Of a stretch of DNA of 64,000 nucleotides, positions 1-7,996 are shown piece after piece. The notes below the pieces were generated by a model. It searched no databases, was not told the DNA's origin, and saw only the letters and a list, made by a program, of their open reading frames with translations. Location: the NCBI GenBank assembly GCA_947166345.1, contig CAMVDU010000001.1, forward strand, positions 11,260 to 75,259. The letters run 5' to 3'. How positions within the stretch are numbered: the stretch's first letter is position 1; each line of letters starts with the position of its first letter. Origin of the DNA: an uncultured Prevotellaceae bacterium. Lineage in GTDB: Bacteria; Bacteroidota; Bacteroidia; Bacteroidales; Bacteroidaceae. The position numbers were made by a program, and so were the translations under genes.

Positions 1-1
1 A

Positions 2-343
2 ACCCTCGAGAAGCACGGCGCATTGCCTGAGAATATTCATGTGAAGACGGTGCCAGGCTCGTTCGAACTCATCTACGGCGCACGTCAGATGACTCTCAAC
101 GATGGCTATGATGCAGTCATTGTTCTTGGCAGCGTCATTCGCGGCGAAACCCCACACTTCGACTACATCTGTGAGGGCGTCACAGCAGGCATAGCACGCT
201 TGAATGCTACCAGTAGTGTTCCTGTGGTCTATGGACTGCTGACGACCAACGACCTGCAACAGGCTAAGGACCGTGCAGGTGGCAGGTTGGGCAACAAGGG
301 TGACGAGTGTGCTGTTGTAGCAATAAAAATGGCGAAGTTCTAA
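2..343 (+). CDS. ribH: 6,7-dimethyl-8-ribityllumazine synthase (5' partial)
   Basis: [21 protein letters not shown] and GNKG motifs; frame open from window start. Confidence 0.95.
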   Translation, partial: TLEKHGALPENIHVKTVPGSFELIYGARQMTLNDGYDAVIVLGSVIRGETPHFDYICEGVTAGIARLNATSSVPVVYGLLTTNDLQQAKDRAGGRLGNKGDECAVVAIKMAKF

Positions 344-360
344 CCGACTTCGCCTTTTTT
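331..360 (+). terminator. Intrinsic terminator-like hairpin overlapping the ribH stop
   Basis: ggcgaagt...acttcgcc stem followed by T6. Confidence 0.55.
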
Positions 361-408
361 AACTCCTAAACTCCTAAACTCCTAAACTTCTTCACTCCTA
401 AACTCCTA
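361..408. repeat. 8-bp tandem repeat (aactccta) x6, degenerate
   Basis: aactccta x3, aacttctt, cactccta, aactccta. Confidence 0.9.
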
Positions 409-413
409 AAACA

Positions 414-1163
414 ATGAAACTGATATCCTGGAACGTCAACGGACTGAGGGCTTGCGAAGGCAAGGGCTTCAGCGATATTTTCCGCGAACTTGATGCTGAC
501 TTCTTCTGCCTGCAGGAAACGAAGATGCAGCAGGGACAGCTTGACCTGCAGTTCCCTGGCTACGAGTCCTACTGGAACTATGCCGAGAAGAAAGGCTATA
601 GTGGTACGGCCATCTTTACGAAGCACAAGCCACTTAATGTGACCTATGGCATCGGCATCGACCTGCATGATCATGAGGGCCGTGTGGTAACGCTCGAGAT
701 GGACGACTTCTTCCTTGTGTGCTGCTACACGCCCAATTCGCAGGACGGTCTCAAGCGTCTGGAATACCGCATGTCGTGGGAAGACGCGTTTCGTAAGTAC
801 CTGATGCGTCTCGATCAGCAGAAGCCCGTCATCCTCTGTGGCGATCTCAATGTGGCCCACGAGGAGATAGACCTGAAGAACCCCAAGAGCAACCGCATGA
901 ATGCAGGATTCACTGACGAGGAACGCGAGAAGTTCAGCGATCTGCTGGCCTGTGGCTTCACCGACACCTTCCGCTGGAAATATCCTCAGCAGGTCACCTA
1001 TTCGTGGTGGTCCTACCGTTTCCAGGCCCGTCAGAAGAACGCAGGCTGGCGTATTGACTACTTCGTGGTGAGCAACCGCCTGCAACAGCGCGTTGTGGAC
1101 TCGACGATTCATACTGAAATTTATGGCAGCGACCACTGCCCGGTGGAACTGGTTTTGAGTTAG
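414..1163 (+). CDS. xth: Exodeoxyribonuclease III / AP endonuclease
   Basis: ISWNVNGLRA, LQETK, GDLNVAH, GWRIDY, SDHCP motifs. Confidence 0.95.
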   Translation: MKLISWNVNGLRACEGKGFSDIFRELDADFFCLQETKMQQGQLDLQFPGYESYWNYAEKKGYSGTAIFTKHKPLNVTYGIGIDLHDHEGRVVTLEMDDFFLVCCYTPNSQDGLKRLEYRMSWEDAFRKYLMRLDQQKPVILCGDLNVAHEEIDLKNPKSNRMNAGFTDEEREKFSDLLACGFTDTFRWKYPQQVTYSWWSYRFQARQKNAGWRIDYFVVSNRLQQRVVDSTIHTEIYGSDHCPVELVLS

Positions 1164-1166
1164 GCG

Positions 1167-2501
1167 ATGAACAACTACAGTAAAACCTTCCTCTATTTCA
1201 TCTGTGCCGTATCGGCAATGGGTGGACTGCTGTTTGGCTACGACTGGGTGGTCATCGGTGGCGCAAAACCGTTCTATGAAGCGTATTTCGGCATTGCTGG
1301 GTCTCCCTTGATGCAGAGCGTGGCCATGACAACAGCCCTGATAGGTTGTCTGGCAGGAGCGATGATAGCTGGTGCTTTGGCTGACCGCTATGGCAGAAAG
1401 CCATTGCTGATGCTGTCGGCTGTGCTGTTCACGGTGTCTGCTGTGGCTACGGGTGCTTTCAACGACTTCATCATGTTTAATGTGGCCCGTTTCATTGGCG
1501 GCATCGGCATTGGCGTGGCATCAGCTCTGGCACCCATGTATATCGCTGAGGTGAGTCCTGCTGAGATTCGCGGGCGTATGGTGTCGCTGAACCAGATGAC
1601 CATCGTTCTGGGTATCCTTGGTGCCCAGATTGTAAACATGCTGTTGGCAAGAGACACAAGTGTGGCAGAGAATATGTCGTGGAACGTAGCATGGGGCTGG
1701 CGCTGGATGTTCTGGGCCGAGACAGTGCCTGCAGCGCTGTTCCTCGTGATGAGCTTCTTTATACCGGAGTCGCCTGTCTATCTAAAAGCCCACCCAAGCC
1801 CTCCCAAAGGGAGGGATGTTGAGTCACCAAAAAGGACTACATCAACAAGTAACCAAACATCCCCTCCTTTGGAGGGGCTTGGGGAGGCTCGGTATCGCCG
1901 TGTCCTTTTGTTAGGCCTCGTCATTGCCGTCTTCCAGCAATGGTGCGGCACGAACGTTATCTTCAACTATGCCCAAGAGATATTCGTGGGTGCTGGCTTC
2001 GATGTCGATGGCATGTTCATCAATATTGTGATAACAGGCATTGCCAACGTTGTCTTTACCTTTGTTGCCCTCTATACCATTGAGAAGTGGGGTCGTCGTA
2101 CGCTGATGTTGATTGGCGCCGGCGGTCTGGGACTCATCTACCTGACGTTGGGCACGTGCTACTTCTTTGAGGTGAAGGGCATTGTGATGGTGGCACTTGT
2201 GGTGTTGGCCATCTCTGTCTATGCGATGACGCTGGCGCCTGTCACTTGGACGTTGCTGGCCGAGATATTCCCCAATCGTATTCGCGGCGTTGCGATGGCT
2301 GTGTGTACGTTTGCCCTGTGGGTAGGCTGTTGCACGCTCACCTTCTCGTTCCCTCCCATGAATGCAGCCCTGGGCAGCAGCGGTTCGTTCTGGATTTACA
2401 GCGGCATCTGCATCTGTGCCTTCATCTTCCTTTGGAACCGTTGTCCTGAAACGAAGGGAAAGAGCCTGGAGGAGTTGGAGAAAGAATTGATTAAGTCCTA
2501 A
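1167..2501 (+). CDS. MFS sugar porter (XylE-like)
   Basis: GGLLFGYD, DRYGRK, PESP, FQQWCG, PETKGKSLEE signatures; about 12 hydrophobic segments. Confidence 0.92.
   Translation: MNNYSKTFLYFICAVSAMGGLLFGYDWVVIGGAKPFYEAYFGIAGSPLMQSVAMTTALIGCLAGAMIAGALADRYGRKPLLMLSAVLFTVSAVATGAFNDFIMFNVARFIGGIGIGVASALAPMYIAEVSPAEIRGRMVSLNQMTIVLGILGAQIVNMLLARDTSVAENMSWNVAWGWRWMFWAETVPAALFLVMSFFIPESPVYLKAHPSPPKGRDVESPKRTTSTSNQTSPPLEGLGEARYRRVLLLGLVIAVFQQWCGTNVIFNYAQEIFVGAGFDVDGMFINIVITGIANVVFTFVALYTIEKWGRRTLMLIGAGGLGLIYLTLGTCYFFEVKGIVMVALVVLAISVYAMTLAPVTWTLLAEIFPNRIRGVAMAVCTFALWVGCCTLTFSFPPMNAALGSSGSFWIYSGICICAFIFLWNRCPETKGKSLEELEKELIKS
1787..1889. repeat. REP-like inverted doublet located in-frame within the sugar porter
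   Basis: 34-bp arms 1787-1820 and 1856-1889 are inverted (6 mismatches); each arm is itself a 7-bp hairpin. Confidence 0.85.
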
Positions 2502-2564
2502 TAACGATATTACATGATAACGATATAACGTTATAACGTAATAACGAAAAAACGAAACAACGAT
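2501..2564. repeat. 8-bp tandem repeat (ataacgaN) x8, degenerate
   Basis: ataacgat, attacatg, ataacgat, ataacgtt, ataacgta, ataacgaa, aaaacgaa, acaacgat. Confidence 0.85.
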
Positions 2565-2567
2565 AAT

Positions 2568-5500
2568 ATGTCAGTAAAAGCCTGGAGAGAAATTGTTACC
2601 ATCCCGACCTATGAGATTGGAAAGGCCGAGAAGAACCCCATCTTCCTTGAGAAACGTGTGTATCAGGGGTCGAGTGGGGTGGTGTATCCTTATCCCGTTA
2701 TTGAGTCGATAGCCAACGAGCCCACGCCCCGCGAGTGGAAGGTGGTCTTTCTGGAGAACGAGTATATCAAGGTGATGGTGATGCCCGAACTGGGTGGACG
2801 TATCCAGATGGCGTACGACAAGATTAAGCAGCGTCACTTTGTTTATTATAATCACGTCATCAAACCGGCCCTTGTGGGACTGACCGGCCCTTGGATCAGT
2901 GGTGGTATCGAGTTCAACTGGCCCCAGCACCATCGCCCCTCAACCTATCTGCCTGTTGACTGCGACATCGTGGAGAACCAAGACGGTAGTGTGACGGTAT
3001 GGGTGAACGAGATGGAGCGTATGTTCCATCAGAAGGGTATGGCAGGCTTTACGCTTCGTCCTGGTTGTGCCTATCTGGAGATACAGGGTCGCGTCAGCAA
3101 TCGTACGCCGCTTCCTCAGACGTTCCTGTGGTGGGCCAATCCTGCTGTGGAGGTCAACGATGCCTACCAGAGTGTCTTCCCCCCCGATGTGAACGCTGTC
3201 TTTGACCACGGAAAACGTGCCGTGTCCAGTTTCCCCATTGCTACGGGTACCTATTACAAGATGGACTACTCGGCAGGTGTGGATATCTCGAACTACAGGA
3301 ATATCCCTGTGCCCACCAGTTATATGGCTGTCAACTCGAAATACAACTTCGAGGGCGGCTACGAGAACGATACCCACGGTGGTATGCTCCATGTGGCCAG
3401 TCACCACTTCTCGCCAGGCAAAAAACAATGGACCTGGGGTAACGGCGACTTCGGACGTGCGTGGGACCGCAATCTCACCGACAACGCCACTGTGTCCGAC
3501 GGTTTGCCCGTTGGCTCTATCCGCACAGGCTTCCGTCCCTATATTGAGTTAATGGCTGGCGTCTATACCGAGAACCAGCCCGACTTCACCTGGCTGATGC
3601 CCTATGAGGAGAAACAGTTCACGCAGTATTTCATGCCATATCGCGAGATAGGCATCGTGAAACAGGCAAGCAAGGATTTCATCCTCAACATCTATAGTGT
3701 GGAAGACGGCTCTGTCGTCTTCAAAGTGCTGGCCACGTCGAAACAGGAGGCAAGGATTGTGTTGAAGAACAAGAATGGTGAGGTGCTCTACGACAAACAA
3801 CACATGCTGAGCCCTGAAACCGTACTTACAGAGACAGTAGTGTGTCCTGCAGTCTCGCTGCAGGATCTGACATTGTCCATCACTAATGCTAACCATATCT
3901 CTCACTTGTCATCTCTCATCTGGGAAGCAGAGCCCGACGAGATCCGTCCCATCCCCGATGCTGCGGAGGCAGCCCTGTCGCCCGAGGATACGAAGACCAA
4001 CGACCAGCTTTATCTCACTGGTCTGCACTTGGAACAGTACCGTCATGCTACGTGGAGTGCCCTCGACTACTACGAGGAGGCCTTGCGTCGTGATCCCAAT
4101 GATGTGCGCTGTCTGAACCAGACGGGACTATGGTATCTGCGTCGTGGACGCTTCGATAAGGCAGAGACGTATCTCAGAAAGGCCGTGAAGATATGGCAGA
4201 AACGTAATCCTAATCCTTACGATGGTGAGGCCATCTTCAACCTCGCCCTCGCCCTGAAATACCAAGGGCGTATGGATGAGGCTTACGGCCTCTTCTGGAA
4301 GGCTACGTGGAACAAAGCATGGGCCGATGCCGGCTACTTTGAGGCGGCTCGCATCAGTACCTCACAAGGTCGCTATGAGGATGCACTCGACGAGTTGAAC
4401 CGCTGTCTCACCTTCAATCATTGTCATCATCAGGCGCGTGCGTTGAAGGCTGCTGTGATGAGATATATGTCTGAAACCCAGGATGTAAGATTTGATTTTA
4501 TCAAGGAAAGCTTATATCTCGACTACTTCAATTTTGGCTGCCTCTACGAGCTGTACCTGCTGACCCGTGATCATATGGAACTCAGCCGTCTGAAGACCCT
4601 GCTTCGTAAGAGTTGCCACAACTACGACGAACTGGCACTCGACTACGCAGCGGCAGGTTTGCACGATGATGCTCGTGCCATTTGGTATACCGCCATCAGC
4701 GAGGGTGCTGTGAGTCCCATGACCTATTATTATTTGGGAGATTATAAGCAGGCAGAGGAACAACCTGCGGATTATTGTTTCCCCAATCGTCTGGAGGCTG
4801 TCGTCGCTTTGGAGAAGGCAAAGCAATACGCAGCCAATCATTGTCAATTATCCATTGTCAATTGTCAATTCAGTAAAGCACCTTACTATCTGGGATGCCT
4901 CTACTACGACAAGCGTCAGTACGACCTCGCCATCGAGAACTGGGAACTGTCGGCAAAACTCGATCCTCAGTTCCCCACCGTATGGCGCAACCTGGCGTTG
5001 GCCCGTTTCAACAAGCAGCATAAGCCTGACGAGGCGGTGGCATATATGGAGCGTGCCTTCCATCTGGACGAGACCGACGCCCGTGTGCTGATGGAGTTGG
5101 ATCAGCTCTATAAGCGCCTGCAAAGGCCTCATGCCGAACGACTGGCTTTCTTGCAGCAATATCCCCAACTGATAGCGCAGCGCGACGACCTCGTCCTTGA
5201 GGAGATCACCCTGCTGAATCACTTGGGTCGCTATGAAGAGGCGATGCACAAGCTCGATGCCCATCAGTTCCATCCGTGGGAAGGTGGCGAAGGTAAGGTC
5301 AGCGGACAGTACCAGATTTGCCGCATGGAACTCGCCAAGCAGATATTAGTTCATAATTCTTACACGCAGCCCAACTGTGAACTATGGACTATGAACTCTG
5401 AACTGAAAAGAGCCCACCGGCTTCTTGAGGAGTGTCTCGTCTTCCCGCCACATCTCGGCGAGGGCAAACTCTTTGGTGCTCAGGATAATGACTTCCTTTA

Positions 5501-5936
5501 TTTCCTTGGACGCTACGAGGAGGGAACAGTAGGTCCTACCGAGCCCGCTGCTGCCATGTATTATAACGATGCGAAGCCCGACAAGATCTTCTATGCTGCC
5601 CTGTGCTATCGCAAACTGGGACAGGAGGATAAGGCCCGTGGCCTGTTATATAAGCTGGTGAACTACGGTAAGCAGCACCTCTTCGATCATGTCACCATGG
5701 ACTATTTCGCCGTGTCGTTGCCCGACCTGCTGATATGGGATGGCGATCTGGACCAACAAAACCGCATCCACTGTCTCTATATGCTTGCCCTCGGCTATTA
5801 TGGCCTGGGCGACAAGGCGCATGCAGAGCGCTATCTCAAGGAACTGGAGCGTGAGGATATCAATCATTTTGGCGCAAAGGCGCTACGCTCGCTGATGAAA
5901 ATGACAGAACTAACCAATAAGCAGAAACGAACATGA
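2568..5936 (+). CDS. DUF5107-type N-terminal domain plus tetratricopeptide-repeat protein
   Basis: LENEY..V.VMPELGGRI, WISGGIEFNWPQHHRP and WWANPAV motifs; C-terminal TPR-like helices; no signal peptide. Confidence 0.8.
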   Translation: MSVKAWREIVTIPTYEIGKAEKNPIFLEKRVYQGSSGVVYPYPVIESIANEPTPREWKVVFLENEYIKVMVMPELGGRIQMAYDKIKQRHFVYYNHVIKPALVGLTGPWISGGIEFNWPQHHRPSTYLPVDCDIVENQDGSVTVWVNEMERMFHQKGMAGFTLRPGCAYLEIQGRVSNRTPLPQTFLWWANPAVEVNDAYQSVFPPDVNAVFDHGKRAVSSFPIATGTYYKMDYSAGVDISNYRNIPVPTSYMAVNSKYNFEGGYENDTHGGMLHVASHHFSPGKKQWTWGNGDFGRAWDRNLTDNATVSDGLPVGSIRTGFRPYIELMAGVYTENQPDFTWLMPYEEKQFTQYFMPYREIGIVKQASKDFILNIYSVEDGSVVFKVLATSKQEARIVLKNKNGEVLYDKQHMLSPETVLTETVVCPAVSLQDLTLSITNANHISHLSSLIWEAEPDEIRPIPDAAEAALSPEDTKTNDQLYLTGLHLEQYRHATWSALDYYEEALRRDPNDVRCLNQTGLWYLRRGRFDKAETYLRKAVKIWQKRNPNPYDGEAIFNLALALKYQGRMDEAYGLFWKATWNKAWADAGYFEAARISTSQGRYEDALDELNRCLTFNHCHHQARALKAAVMRYMSETQDVRFDFIKESLYLDYFNFGCLYELYLLTRDHMELSRLKTLLRKSCHNYDELALDYAAAGLHDDARAIWYTAISEGAVSPMTYYYLGDYKQAEEQPADYCFPNRLEAVVALEKAKQYAANHCQLSIVNCQFSKAPYYLGCLYYDKRQYDLAIENWELSAKLDPQFPTVWRNLALARFNKQHKPDEAVAYMERAFHLDETDARVLMELDQLYKRLQRPHAERLAFLQQYPQLIAQRDDLVLEEITLLNHLGRYEEAMHKLDAHQFHPWEGGEGKVSGQYQICRMELAKQILVHNSYTQPNCELWTMNSELKRAHRLLEECLVFPPHLGEGKLFGAQDNDFLYFLGRYEEGTVGPTEPAAAMYYNDAKPDKIFYAALCYRKLGQEDKARGLLYKLVNYGKQHLFDHVTMDYFAVSLPDLLIWDGDLDQQNRIHCLYMLALGYYGLGDKAHAERYLKELEREDINHFGAKALRSLMKMTELTNKQKRT

Positions 5937-7996
5937 AGAGGAATCTCCTTTTGCTTATCATGCTGAGTGCATGCTGTGCCCTCGGTATGCAGGCGACGGA
6001 ACTGGGAAAAGAGGTGACATGGGACCGGTATAGCCTGATGATGGACGGCAGGCGCGTCTGTCCCGTGATGGGCGAGATTCACTATTCGCGCATACCTGCC
6101 GACGAGTGGCAGGAGGAGGTGAGAAAGATGAAAGAGGGTGGGGTGACAATCATTGCCACCTACGTATTTTGGAACCATGTGGAGGAGGAAGAGGGCATCT
6201 TCCGCTGGGACGGCCAGCGCAACCTGCGGGGCTTCCTGGAGATATGCAAGGAGGAAGAGATGCCTGTCATCTTGCGCATGGGTCCGTTCTGTCATGGTGA
6301 GGTGCGCAATGGCGGCATTCCCGACTGGATGTTTGAGAAGGGATGCAAGATGCGTGACCGCAACCCCGTGTTCCTGGGCTATGCAGAAAAGCTATACCGT
6401 CAGATCTTTACCCAGGTGCAAGGCCTTCAGTGGAAAAACGGCGGACCTGTCATGGCGGCTCAGTTTGACAATGAGTATCGGGGACGCGGTGAGTATCTGA
6501 TGGACCTGAAACGCTTGGCCCAGAAGATTGGCTTCGACCTGCCGTTCTATACGCGCACCGGCTGGCCCGAACTGGCAACGCCCGTGCCCTTCGGCGAGAT
6601 GCTGCCCCTCTATGGCGACTATGCCGATGGCTTCTGGGACCGTACGACGGGCGAGACTGACGGTAACTACTACAAGGCATTTAACTTCAAGGCCTTCCGC
6701 TCGTCAACAGCGATTGCCACTGAACAGATCAACTATCAACAGTCTCCCCTCCCTTTGGAGGGGAAGGGGGAGGCAGTCTATCCTTACTTTACTTGTGAGC
6801 TGGGCGGAGGTATGATGCAGGCCTATCATCGTCGTCCGTATGTCTATGCCGAGGATGCCTATTCGATGGCATTGGTGAAACTGGGTTCGGGTTCGAACCT
6901 GCTGGGCTATTATATGTATCACGGTGGTACCAACCCTGAAGGCAAGACCTATCTGAACGAGAACCAGCGCACCAAGGGCACTAACTACAACGACATGCCC
7001 GTGAAGAACTACGACTTCCAGGCACCCTTGGGCGAGTTTGGACAGAGGAACGCGCATTACTATATGTTGCGCCCCCTGCACCTTTTTATGCAGGATTGGG
7101 GCGAGACACTGGCCGAGATGGAAGCATCGTTCCCTGCACCGCAGGACATTCAGAAAGGTGATGACTCACATCTGCGCTGGGCAATCAGAAGTGAAAAGGG
7201 AAAAGTGAATAGTGAAAAATTTGCTGCCGCCTTTATTTTTATCAATAACTACGAGCGTCTGCAGAACCTTTCTGCGAAGAAAGATGTGCAGTTGGAGGCC
7301 TGTGGCGTCACCCTGCCCAAACTGACTATCCCTGCTGGTTGCATGGCCATCTTCCCCGTGAATGTGGATGGCATCAAGTATGCTACGGCTCAACTGGTGG
7401 CCAAGCGCGACGGCAAGATCTATCTGATGCAGGTACCAGGCATCGCCACCACCATCAGTATGCAGAATGGTAAGGTGCTGAAGAACGTGAAACCTCGTGG
7501 TACAGAAAAACCTGTCTATGGTAATCTCTATCTGTTGACGAAGCAGGAGGCTGAGCATCTCTTTTTAAGTGAAAAAGCCGCTGCAGGAACGTCTGAGGTT
7601 GCTTTTGAGAAGGTACGTGAGGCGGGACCGTTGCGTGATATCACCAAGGGTGCCCAGCGTGTGGCTGAGGAACCCTCTGACGAGGACTATGAGGAGGCTG
7701 CTGTCTATCGTATCAAGGTGTCAGAGGCTGAAGAGGGTCGGTCGAAGCGTCTGCTGCGTATAGACTATCAGGGCGATTGTGCCCGTCTTTATGCCAACGG
7801 ACAACTGGTGGCCGACCATTTCCAATATGGTCGTCCGTTTCTCTATGGTTTGTGGCGACTGCCTGAGGACTGCAAGGAACTGGAGCTGCGCATCCTGCCC
7901 CTGCAGAAGGATGCACCCGTCTATCTGCCACGTGAGGCCGACAAGACTGTGGGTGAAGGTGTGAAGCGTATTGAAATAACAAACGAAGGATTATGA
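5933..7996 (+). CDS. GH35 beta-galactosidase family protein
   Basis: GEIHYSRIP, TYVFWNHVE, GPFCHGE, QFDNEY, YYMYHGGTNP; signal peptide. Confidence 0.9.
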   Translation: MKRNLLLLIMLSACCALGMQATELGKEVTWDRYSLMMDGRRVCPVMGEIHYSRIPADEWQEEVRKMKEGGVTIIATYVFWNHVEEEEGIFRWDGQRNLRGFLEICKEEEMPVILRMGPFCHGEVRNGGIPDWMFEKGCKMRDRNPVFLGYAEKLYRQIFTQVQGLQWKNGGPVMAAQFDNEYRGRGEYLMDLKRLAQKIGFDLPFYTRTGWPELATPVPFGEMLPLYGDYADGFWDRTTGETDGNYYKAFNFKAFRSSTAIATEQINYQQSPLPLEGKGEAVYPYFTCELGGGMMQAYHRRPYVYAEDAYSMALVKLGSGSNLLGYYMYHGGTNPEGKTYLNENQRTKGTNYNDMPVKNYDFQAPLGEFGQRNAHYYMLRPLHLFMQDWGETLAEMEASFPAPQDIQKGDDSHLRWAIRSEKGKVNSEKFAAAFIFINNYERLQNLSAKKDVQLEACGVTLPKLTIPAGCMAIFPVNVDGIKYATAQLVAKRDGKIYLMQVPGIATTISMQNGKVLKNVKPRGTEKPVYGNLYLLTKQEAEHLFLSEKAAAGTSEVAFEKVREAGPLRDITKGAQRVAEEPSDEDYEEAAVYRIKVSEAEEGRSKRLLRIDYQGDCARLYANGQLVADHFQYGRPFLYGLWRLPEDCKELELRILPLQKDAPVYLPREADKTVGEGVKRIEITNEGL

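Noticed and set aside
366-1136. 256-aa minus-strand ORF
   Set aside because: Antisense shadow of xth; its C-terminus is simply the translated octamer repeat
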